A DNA stretch of 47,608 nucleotides from Octopus bimaculoides (Eukaryota). The stretch lies in NCBI RefSeq assembly GCF_001194135.2, contig NC_069001.1:8882140-8929747 (forward strand), in the 5' to 3' direction. The position numbers and the translations under genes are program-made. A model generated the notes under the pieces. That model ran no database searches. It worked only from the letters and a program-made list of their open reading frames with translations, and was not told the DNA's origin. Of the stretch, positions 38,562 through 47,608 are shown piece after piece. Positions within the stretch are counted from its first letter, which is position 1. Each line of letters starts with the position of its first letter.

Positions 38562-39807
38562 ATATATTTATATATGTGTGTATGTATGTATATATTTATA
38601 TGTATATATATTTATGTATGTATATGTAAGCATTGTATGCATCTATGCATGCATATATCAACCATCATTTATGCTTGTTTACCTGTTCCAGCCAATCAGC
38701 TGCAGCCATGCAGGGATGTTCCCATTACTGTCACTTTTAATTTGTTATCACAGCCATTCTGTGGGTGATTTTTGGTAAATGGAGGAATTGGATATTCACT
38801 TTCTTTATTTGTGTTCTTTTCTGTAATGTAGGTTTATTTGGGCCCTCTGATAAAATGATATCTAGGTATTTTTTTGAATACACTTATCTCCATCCCTTGT
38901 ATATTTCTTTTGTGTTTTTCAGGGTAGGTATCAAAAAGTAGTGGGACTTTGAGCCATGAGCTGTTACAGTATTGGGTCCTTCTTCTAGATAAAGAGGATT
39001 GGGGCTTTGGTACTATGCAATGGAATCTTGTTTGATGATTGGTATAGTTTTCAGTCCCTAATTTTGGCACAGAATTTTCAAGATCTTATCTCTCTACCTG
39101 CCTACGTGCGAATTTGTGTGTTTTTGAGTGTATGTATAAATCTTTGTGTTAATGTATTTGTGTGTGTGTGTGTGTGTGTGTAAATATGTCAACAATCCCT
39201 TCTAAGAATATAGTTTTTTGTTTCTGTTTTATCATTGTCCTGTCACAGTGTAAAGATGGCTTGTTTGTCTACTTCAGTTTTCTGGAGTACTTAGCTCATT
39301 CTAAGTTTCTAATATTTCAGAGATTTTTACTTCCGTTATTATCAATAGATACAGGAAGGCCAAAGAGTTGGGGGTTACAGTGTCCATTCATGCAGGTGAA
39401 CAATAAGGGCAATGTTTTCTGAGTAAATTCACTATTGTCTTGCACTGAGGTTTATTCTCTTTCATTTCTTTGTTGGTTTATCCTGTCTAAGAAAGTTCAG
39501 ATCAAATTAGTAGTGACCCTTATTCTATTTATTTTCGTTTTAATTACTAGTCAGTCACTAATTCTCTGTGTTCTTGATGTTGGAGAGTGGCTGACTAATT
39601 TTATTTGACAGTATCAGTTTTGCCAATATATATATTTTTTTGCTGAACTGTTAAGTTATGGGGATGTAAACACACCAATATCATAGGTCTGCTCAGGTTA
39701 ACAACAAGAACAATAATATCTAGAGTTTACCAAGTTTTGATACCATTTCATTTCTTTTGATATAGAATTATTTGAAGCAATCGACCTTTTTCTTTTCTAT
39801 TTTATAG

Positions 39808-39897
39808 TGCTTCATAAACGGAAGAAAAGGGGAAAATTCAGTGCTATTGGTCCCTTAGCCCTGTGGCATGCTTGTCAGAGTATAGTAAAAGATGATG
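39808..39897 (+). CDS. GNL1: GNL1 exon, (V)LHKRKKRGKFSAIGPLALWHACQSIVKDD
   Basis: TTTTATAG acceptor, GTAAGT donor, 90 nt, phase 1/1. Basic patch plus xGPxxLxxAC like human GNL1 VLKKSRRRGRGWTRALGPEQLLRAC. Confidence 0.9.
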
Positions 39898-39999
39898 GTA
39901 AGTATTATATTTTAATCTATATTGTTTGCTATTAATGCATTTTGTCTGAGCCAAACAAACAGTCTGAGCTCAGACTGTTTGGCCATGTTGTTTGATTTT

Positions 40000-40220
40000 C
40001 AGAGTTAGGCCTTGCTTATTGTGTTCTCTGAAGATCTGGCTGGGCAGACACCTCGTGTAGGTCAACCACAAGCTGCATGGCCACAGTGGCTGAGAACGTA
40101 TCTTACAGAGATGGGACTCTGCTCAACAAGTTACCTGGGAGGACCTGGGAATAAACCAACAAATGGTGAATGACCCACATGTTGCAACGGTGCATTCCCC
40201 CCATACCTGTCCTGTCCTTA
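40000..40220 (+). mobile_element. Decayed LINE 3' end, RTE-like
   Basis: Peptide ...GQTPRVGQPQAAWPQWLRTYLTEMG resembles RxRGRPxxxW ORF ends; tail CCCCCATACCTGTCCTGTCCT. Recognised from memory only. Confidence 0.45.
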
Positions 40221-40485
40221 CCTGAATACATTTTTGTCTCTGCTTCTAATATTTTATTTCCTTATTGTTCTTTCTCATCTCATGCTTACAAACTGGAAGC
40301 ATTATTGGGATCTGTGTTTAAGGTTGGTTTCTGTAGCACTGATGCAGACATAGCTGTGTTCTTATGAAGTTTGCTTTGCAGTCACATGACTCAAGGTTTT
40401 ATTTCTCTCTATAGCATCTTGTGTAAAATAAAAAGAGACAAAAAAACTATAAAAATGTGGATAGTAGATTAGTATTGTGTTCTCT

Positions 40486-40581
40486 GAAGCAATTGACTTT
40501 TTCCTTTTCTATTTTATAGTGTTTCATGAAGGAAAGAAAAAGGGGGAAATTCAGAGCTATTGTCCTTTGGATTCATTATGA
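40486..40581 (+). pseudogene. Degenerate local duplicate of the GNL1 acceptor and exon start at 39774-39858 (pseudo-exon)
   Basis: 31/34 identity over the acceptor region, about 41/52 over the exon part; reads VFHEGKKKGEIQSYCPLDSL* (TGA 40579-40581). Confidence 0.85.
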
Positions 40582-40916
40582 GTCCATCAGAATGAATTTT
40601 ATTTTTCCTAACTGTTCTGATATCTTCTCTCTGGATTGTTGGATAAATTAGATACATAGATACTGCACAGCAGAACTGAACTCAAAACCATGTGGTTACA
40701 AAGTGAGCTTCTTAACCGCAGAGTTATGCCTGTGCCTATGACCAGTAAAATATGATTGTTTAAGAGATCATGCTTATAAAATGTACATGAACTGTTCACA
40801 CTTGCCCTTTGATACTTCACCCTCTGTCCTTTAAACAGTTATCTGTTACCCCATTGTCAATGCCAGAAGAAACTTGTTTCTAAACTAAATATTTATTTTA
40901 TTGTCTTTTATTGAAG

Positions 40917-41066
40917 TTGACCTCTCGTCTTGGAAGAAGAAGATTGAAGCTAACACTGGCGCAGATGAATCAGATCTTGTCTCCACCGTCCACAATGATG
41001 TACTTGACACCTGTTTCCAGAAACACGTACGCTACAAAGACGGTGTCGTTACTCTAGGATGTATTG
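40917..41066 (+). CDS. GNL1: GNL1 exon, (V)DLSSWKKKIEANTGADESDLVSTVHNDVLDTCFQKHVRYKDGVVTLGCI
   Basis: TTGAAG (AAG-type) acceptor, GTAATG donor, 150 nt, phase 1/1. VDLSSW and RYKDGVVTxGC match GNL1. Confidence 0.95.
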
Positions 41067-41256
41067 GTAATGTATTATTCAGTCATTGAAATAAAACTTC
41101 ATAGCAATTCTGTCACCTATAATTCTGTCTTCCTTTAACTAAGCCTTGCATAAAAACAAAAAACAAAAAAAAAGTAAAACTGTTTTTACCTCATCCCTTT
41201 TCTATCAGAAACCAATCAGACTTGAACAGATGTTTGTTTTTCTCTTCTTTTGACAG

Positions 41257-41309
41257 GTTACCCTAATGTAGGCAAATCTTCTTTGATGAATGGACTGGTT
41301 GGCAAGAAG
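41257..41309 (+). CDS. GNL1: GNL1 exon with G1/P-loop, (G)YPNVGKSSLMNGLVGKK
   Basis: TTTGACAG acceptor; GxxxxGKS motif; 53 nt, phase 1/0; weak donor AAG|GTTGTG. Read-through hits TAG at the 11th codon. Confidence 0.93.
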
Positions 41310-42099
41310 GTTGTGTTTTATATATACCCATATCATTTTTAGTTGCTCCCATTTATTTTAATGCTTTCTTTACTCCTGTATTGCGTTGTTTCTTGTCATG
41401 TAACGTTCTGTAGCCTATGTTGCATGACCCCTCTGGCATATTTGTAAATTTTGTTTCAAACTATTTGTGCATTACTAAGAGTTATATTTAGGAAAAAAAG
41501 TGATACTAGCATAGAAAGAAAAGAGGTTTTAGATCAGTGGTTCTTAACCTTTTTAATACACAGGCAAGATTCAAAACTCCAAGTTTTGAATCTGGCCTGC
41601 AATACTTGTTCATTCACATTATTTTGAATTAATCATGCATCATCTTGAAGCTTCAAGATTATAATGTTGCAGTTGTTTATTTTTAGAGTAACATTGTAGG
41701 GTAGATGTGAGAGGCCAGATCTGGCCAGGTTGAACATTAAAAAAAAATGTAGAATATTTGGGCCGGATATAGCCAGTTTAAATACTAAACAGTTAATGGG
41801 ATGAAGGGCAAAATATTTGAATGGAAATATGTTAACAAAAGGGTTAAAACATTTTAAGTCCATTACTTTTATTCGGCTTCATGTGTTTAATTATTGTTGT
41901 TTAACTGAAATTCCCGAATCTCTGACATCTCAAACATAGAATAATGTAGTCTTAGATACATTATAACTGAATATAAGATGAGATGGTCATACATGGAATG
42001 TTGGGTCTGCTTGACTGGAACCTGACCTGCAGCTAAGAATTAACATATTGGATTTATTTCTCTTTAATTTATGCATCGTTTTATTTCCTGAAACTTGTT

Positions 42100-42150
42100 T
42101 TCATTATTTCCTTCTTCTCTGTCACTTTATCTTTCTCCCTTGTTCTTTCA

Positions 42151-42198
<48 letters not shown>

Positions 42199-42347
42199 TT
42201 TTCTCACTCTTTTCTCTCTCATTCTTTCTCTGTCCCTTTCTGTCACTCTCTCTTTCCTCACTCACTCTTCTTCTGTCTTTCTCATCTCTTTCTCTCTATT
42301 TCTCTCTCTCTCTCTCTCTCACTTTTTCTCACTCTTTTCTCTCTCAT
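42100..42347 (+). repeat. (CT)n polypyrimidine tract upstream of the 42511 acceptor
   Basis: Direct reading; runs into the gap 42348-42504. Confidence 0.9.
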
Positions 42348-42510
42348 NNNNNNNNNNNNNNNNNNNNNNNNNNNNNNNNNNNNNNNNNNNNNNNNNNNNN
42401 NNNNNNNNNNNNNNNNNNNNNNNNNNNNNNNNNNNNNNNNNNNNNNNNNNNNNNNNNNNNNNNNNNNNNNNNNNNNNNNNNNNNNNNNNNNNNNNNNNNN
42501 NNNNTTTCAG

Positions 42511-42636
42511 GTGGTCAGTGTATCCCGAACACCAGGACACACCAAGCATTTCCAGACCATATTCCTGACTTCTACTGTAAGACTCTGTGACTGTCCAGGT
42601 TTAGTGTTTCCATCAAGGGTACCGAAACAACTGCAG
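42511..42636 (+). CDS. GNL1: GNL1 exon with G2 and G3, VVSVSRTPGHTKHFQTIFLTSTVRLCDCPGLVFPSRVPKQLQ
   Basis: TTTCAG acceptor immediately after a gap, GTAATG donor, 126 nt, phase 0/0. SRTPGHT (G2) and DCPGL (G3, hydrophobic residue in place of the Ras catalytic Gln). Confidence 0.97.
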
Positions 42637-42983
42637 GTAATGTGTACACACACACACCCTCACACGCACACACACACACACACACACACTTTTGTAAGCT
42701 TTCATAAAAGCAAAATGCAAATCAAAAATTATTACACAAACACAACATACTTGTAATAAACTTAGAACAAATGTTGAAAATGACTTGAGAAGACACATCA
42801 AGCTAAGTGCATTGTGGTTGTGGCCAGTGACACATGAAGGGTACCTAATCTGGTGACATGTAAAAAACACCCAGTACACTCTGTAAAGATGTTGGCATTA
42901 GGAAGGGCATCCACCTGTTGAAACCAAACCAAAATAGATCACTGGAACTTGGTGCAGCCGTCTTGGCTTACCAGCTCCAAACT

Positions 42984-43616
42984 GGGATCTTGTTCAAAAC
43001 GGGGGCACCAGTTTTCATTTATGTTTTATGTAGTGTTTTTGGTACTGAAAGACTTTCAAACTTCGTATACTTATCTATTTTGTGTTATAGAACAGAAAAA
43101 AATTGTCTTATTTCGATAATTTCAACCAATCACTGACAAGTATTCAGCTGTTTATACTTACTCCTTTGGCACTTTAAGCGGTGTAAAGCGTATTTAATCT
43201 CCATTACTTCTGACATTTTGCAGAGGCAACACACATGTGTTCGTTTTCCCTAACCCTAACCCTAATTGACTTGCTCCTTCCCTCAAAAACCAAGCCTTGT
43301 GCCTATAATAGAAAGGTTTATTAGCTACTGCCAATATGCTTCAGCCATTTTTTGACAAGGAAATAATAATTTTATCACCGCCTATAATCGTTTGTTTACG
43401 TAGTCAGCACTTAATTTTTACGGCTGAATGGACGTCAGTCATTGGTTGAAACTACAGAAATACGACAACTTTAACATGAAATAACTTGCGATGTACGTTT
43501 TTTTGTTAAGAAGACTAAGAGAAAAAGATGTTTTATATGACACATTCTACCAGTGTCCCAAGTTTCAAAGTGTTTTGTTAAGAAAATATTGGTGCCCCCG
43601 TTTTGAACAAGATCCC
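42984..43616. mobile_element. 633-bp non-autonomous DNA transposon, superfamily unassigned
   Basis: Perfect 27-bp TIRs GGGATCTTGTTCAAAACGGGGGCACCA (42984-43010 / 43590-43616); 6-bp TSD CAAACT (42978-42983 / 43617-43622); it splits an RTE-type tail. Confidence 0.92.
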
Positions 43617-44693
43617 CAAACTGTCTAACTCATGCTAGCATGGAAAAACAGATGTTAAATGATGATGATGAAAATGATGTCTGTAATAATGGAAAGGCAC
43701 ATTAGATTAATCTTAAATAGTCTTGTATATAAGTGCTGACCACGGTATCTCTGTGGTTGATCTGCCTGCTAAAAATAGCAGCTAAAACTACTTTACAACC
43801 ATGTTGCTTCAAATTAGGAAAGGTGCCCCCTTAGATAATGTATTTGTAGATATAGCTTTAAAAAGACAGGATGGTCACTGATGGATCAGATAAACAAGTT
43901 TAGTACAATAGCTTTGGAGCAGATAAATATGACAGAATGAAGGAAAGGATGTATGATCTAGTTGAGTAGTGTGTGTGTGTGTGTTTGACTGTGTCCTTAG
44001 TCAATGGAATGTACACAAGACAATAGACAATGGAATTCCTCATGATGATGATATTGTGATGGTGATGGTGGTGGTGGTGTTGTGAGTAATACATTTAGAA
44101 TATATGGAAGAGTGTATTTGGGGGTAGTGGACAACAGGGTGGGTGGCTAAGGAAGGTGATGAGGTGGGTTAGCAGGTGGATGCCGGTAAAGAGTAGTGGT
44201 GGTGGTTTGTAGGTGACAGAGAGGGTAGTGATGATGTGATTGTGTAGGAGGTAGTGTAATAGGATAACAACAAAGCTGATGCATGGTGACAGGGAATGCA
44301 GGTGGTGATGGTGGGAGACAAGTGAAAGTTGTGGATGGCAAGAAGTCAGTGGTGGATGCGGTGGTGGTGGTGGGGGAATAAGGGAATAACTGAATGTGGT
44401 GGTGGTCAAAGTGACAGTTAAGATTGTGGAGTGGTGACAAGGAAGGTGGCTGGGGTGCGATTATAGGAAAACAGGGGTGTCTTACAGGAAATGTGGTTCA
44501 AGAGGCACAAACAGTTCCCCCCTCCCCTGTGTCAGATTAAATACTGAACAGTTATATAGTTTTGTCCATCTATCAGTCCCACTTCACATAACACCTTGGG
44601 CAAGTGTCTTCTGTCATTCTGGATTGACTAACGCCTTGTGAATGGATATGGTAGACAGGAACTGTATGGAAGCCTGTTGTGTATGTGTGTGTG

Positions 44694-44888
44694 TATCAAA
44701 ACAGGAGGTTGAAAATGATTTTTGGTATTATTTATTCACCATTACACATGTTTCACTTACTAATAGGAGTTACAAGATTGTACATGTAGTAGAAGCATGT
44801 ACAATTTTGTAACTCATATTAGCAAATGAAACATGTAATGGTGAATAAATAAGACCAAAAAATTTTTTTCCAATCTCCTGTTTTCATA
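44694..44888. mobile_element. 195-bp fold-back element (MITE-like)
   Basis: 93-nt arms (44694-44786 / 44796-44888), about 85% complementary, 9-nt spacer, TA at both ends. Confidence 0.7.
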
Positions 44889-45379
44889 TGTTATTACTCT
44901 CCAAAATCTATGTTCCAGTATTTTTCCACTCTTATGCATACCTCACATAAATATAACATCTACATACAATTTTGGATTTCTGGAATAAGCAGATGTACTT
45001 CAAGAAGACATAGCCTGGATTATAACTATCTACATAATACATACATACATGCATGCATACTTATATATGTGTGTGTGTCCTTCTCTACCATTTGGGAATT
45101 GGTGTTAGTTTGTTTACATCCCGTAACATAGACCATGAAAATGAGTATTGGGGTTGTGACTAAACCTGCCAAGGCAGTTCCCCAGCATGGTTGTGGTCCT
45201 ATGACTGAAAAAGGGAAAAAGAAAAAGCTAGACAAAATGTCTTCTTAGTTCAAATCGGCTGTGGGCTATTATAGTAGAAGACACTTGCCCAGGGTGCCAT
45301 ACAGTGGGACTGAACTTAAAACCATGTGGTTGGGAAACAAGCTTCTTAACTGCATGGCTTGCACCTAGATGAAATTGTT

Positions 45380-45646
45380 TATACTGTGTTTGAGAAAACC
45401 TGTCACGCCCAAGTGAGATCATAGTCATGGCTGATGCCGGTGTTGCATAACTGGCACCTGTGCCAGTGACACATAAAAAGCACCCACTACACTATTGGAG
45501 TGGTTGGCGTTAGGAGGAGCATCCAGCCGTAGAAACCATGCCAAATCAGACTGGAACCTGGTGCAGCTCCCCAGCTTGCCAGTTTTCAGTCAAACCGTCC
45601 AACCCATGCCAGCATGGAAAATGGATGTTAAATGATGATGATGATG
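45380..45646 (+). mobile_element. RTE-type LINE 3' end (decayed ORF terminus, 3' UTR, (GAT)n)
   Basis: TTTGAGAAAACCTGTCACGCCCAAGTGAG resembles the EKTRQAK* terminus; ends CCCATGCCAGCATGGAAAATGGATGTTAAATGATGATG. Further decayed copies at ~2740-2860, 20290-20410, 20960-21085, 35690-35875, 42830-43670 (interrupted). Confidence 0.75.
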
Positions 45647-45748
45647 AGTTATATCTGTGTACATGTGTTATAGAATTTGTGTTCATATGTGACGAATATT
45701 TGATCCAGTCTTAAATTATTTGTACCCTATTTTTTGTTGTCATTTCAG

Positions 45749-45914
45749 ATCCTTTGTGGCATTTACCCAATAGCGCAAGTACGGGAACCTTATAGCCCCT
45801 TAATGTACCTTGCTCAACGAGTTAACTTAGTGAAACTTCTGAAGCTGCAACACCCTAATTCTGAAAGTAGTTGCCCTGAATCTCAAAGTTGGTCAGCATT
45901 TAACATATGTGATG
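45749..45914 (+). CDS. GNL1: GNL1 exon, ILCGIYPIAQVREPYSPLMYLAQRVNLVKLLKLQHPNSESSCPESQSWSAFNICD
   Basis: CATTTCAG acceptor, GTTAGT donor, 166 nt, phase 0/1. GIYPIAQxxEPY and W.AxxIC match GNL1. Confidence 0.96.
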
Positions 45915-46553
45915 GTTAGTTAATTAATGTTTATTACTTAATAAATCCTCTAATTAGTTGCTTTGCTCCTTTTTTGATGATATATTATTACTTTGATCTC
46001 TTATTACTTACTTATTACCTTTGTTTCCAAATGTGAATTATCCCAAACCCCCAAAATTCCTTTCAACGCATGGCTATGTTGCTCACCCACTACTCCTGTT
46101 CAATGATCAGAGATGCACATACTATCAACCACCGAGAGACATGCTCAACTGGTTAAGGTCAAACAACTGCAAATCTGTGGTATTGAGCAGAATATTTATT
46201 GTAACTCCACCTCCCTGCAAAAAAAATTTATGTCTTGTGTCTAGAGCAGAAAAGAGGGCGAGGGAGCAGCACTTGCCATCAAAGTAGTGCTGGGATGCAA
46301 ATATATGAATCCTTATATACTCATCATGAATACTTGTCTGATAAAAAGCACCCATGCTGGCGCCACATACAAAACACCTATGTCTATGCCCTGCAAAGAT
46401 ACATGGAACCAGCACAGGTGTTTTTGATATGGCACAAGTTCGTGAGACAAGAACCACTCAGCTGAGAGAAAAAACAAAACAATATATAAATATTTCTCAC
46501 CACAATAATTTACAAAGTTAAAAATATTTCTCTTCTTATTCTTTTACATCCAG

Positions 46554-46694
46554 CTTTGGCTCTGAAACGAAGCTTCATTACAGCTCGTACTGGCCGTCCT
46601 GATGTGTATCGTGCTGCCAACTATTTACTACGATCAGCAGTTGATGGTCAGCTTTGCTTGTGCTTTCGACCTCCTGGTTACACTGAAAATAAAG
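46554..46694 (+). CDS. GNL1: GNL1 exon, (A)LALKRSFITARTGRPDVYRAANYLLRSAVDGQLCLCFRPPGYTENK
   Basis: CATCCAG acceptor, GTAAGA donor, 141 nt, phase 1/1. DVYRAAN..LR.AVDG.L.LCF.PPGY matches GNL1. Confidence 0.96.
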
Positions 46695-47149
46695 GTAAGA
46701 AATCTTAACAATTACTATTTAAAAAGCTTTTATTCTTTTCCAATTATGGCTTTGTTTGAGTATTCAAGGTTGGATTATAATTGACAAGATTTTGAGTCTC
46801 TGAATCTTGAAGGAGCTATTTCTGCAGGAGATTTAGCTTTTAGCCACAGAACTTTCAAATTCTCTGATAAGTCATCTACAACAACAAGAAACCTTTCATG
46901 CAGAGCCTCAGTGACTTTTAGGAGAAAAAAAAAGAGGAAGAAATCATGACTTATAAATTGTTGTTGTTGTTATTGTTTTGTTTAACCCTAGGTTAGGTCT
47001 GTAAGCAAGGGTATTCCAACCATCTTTTATCTTTTATTTGTTTCAGTCATTTGGCTGTGGCTATCCTGGGGCACCCACTTGAAGGAGTTTTAGTCGAAAA
47101 GATACATATTTTTTTCTTTTTTTTCTCTATCTTTTGTATCTAATTGCAG

Positions 47150-47415
47150 ATTTCTGGAAGAACCATGCTGAAACAGAAGTGCTAAAAACTATGCAAAGCC
47201 AACACCAGCAGCGGAGAAGATCATCATCTTCAGATTCTTCTATTGTGTCAAATGTTAGCAGCGATGATGATCTTAGCTCTGATGAAGGCGCCAAACAGTT
47301 GGAAAAACAACAGAGTCATGTATCGAAGAGCAGATGCTTTGCCACTAAACAGGATGGAGACAATGAGATCAGCCTTATTTCTAAGAACCCTTTCTTAAAT
47401 CTAGATTCAGACTAG
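47150..47415 (+). CDS. GNL1: GNL1 last coding exon, (D)FWKNHAETEVLKTMQSQ...ISKNPFLNLDSD*
   Basis: TTGCAG acceptor in correct phase; W..H.ET start and terminal NPF..L motif like human GNL1 (WESHPET...RNPYALL); TAG at 47413-47415. Confidence 0.92.
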
Positions 47416-47559
47416 ATTTTAATAATTTTGTTTCTTGTTATGCTGAAGACGGCATTTGATTAAACTTAAAAACAAAAACAGAAAGCTACATATTGTATGT
47501 ATATGTATATACATACATATATACATATATGTGTGTGTATGTATGCATCTGTATATATA

Positions 47560-47608
<49 letters not shown>

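Noticed and set aside
23793-39807. Intronic C/D snoRNAs
   Set aside because: TGATGA matches come from (GAT)n tails; no box C/D pair with suitable spacing and terminal stem seen by eye. snoscan/Infernal would be decisive.
43248-43265. Interstitial telomere or fusion site
   Set aside because: Only three units, and they lie inside a TIR element.

Overview
AT-rich, microsatellite- and TE-dense eukaryotic scaffold with about 13 N-gaps. The repeat families look octopus/coleoid-like; this is inference from repeat recognition, not a database match. The one supported protein-coding gene is the 3' part of GNL1 (circularly permuted YlqF/YawG-family GTPase) on the + strand. Nine exons splice in consistent phase (22228-22368, 23573-23792, 39808-39897, 40917-41066, 41257-41309, 42511-42636, 45749-45914, 46554-46694, 47150-47415; 1353 nt = 450 aa + stop), with motif order G4 NKFD, G1 GYPNVGKS, G2 SRTPGHT, G3 DCPG. 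The N-terminal exons were not found (upstream of the window or inside gaps). Nearly all ORFs in the supplied track are microsatellite, gap or TE artefacts. The rest is tRNA-derived SINEs, 5'-truncated RTE-type LINEs, mariner/Tc1, piggyBac-like, hAT-like and Helentron-like non-autonomous fragments, and simple repeats. Most notable unexplained structures: (i) several near-perfect local fold-back inverted repeats (16131-16283, 36929-37048, 44694-44888, 5935-6234, 39956-39981); (ii) a chimeric, locally templated copy of a GNL1 acceptor and exon start forming a decoy/poison pseudo-exon (40473-40581); (iii) a 633-bp TIR element with a 6-bp TSD and an internal telomeric repeat. I see no firm evidence of a wholly new biological system; these are hypotheses to test.
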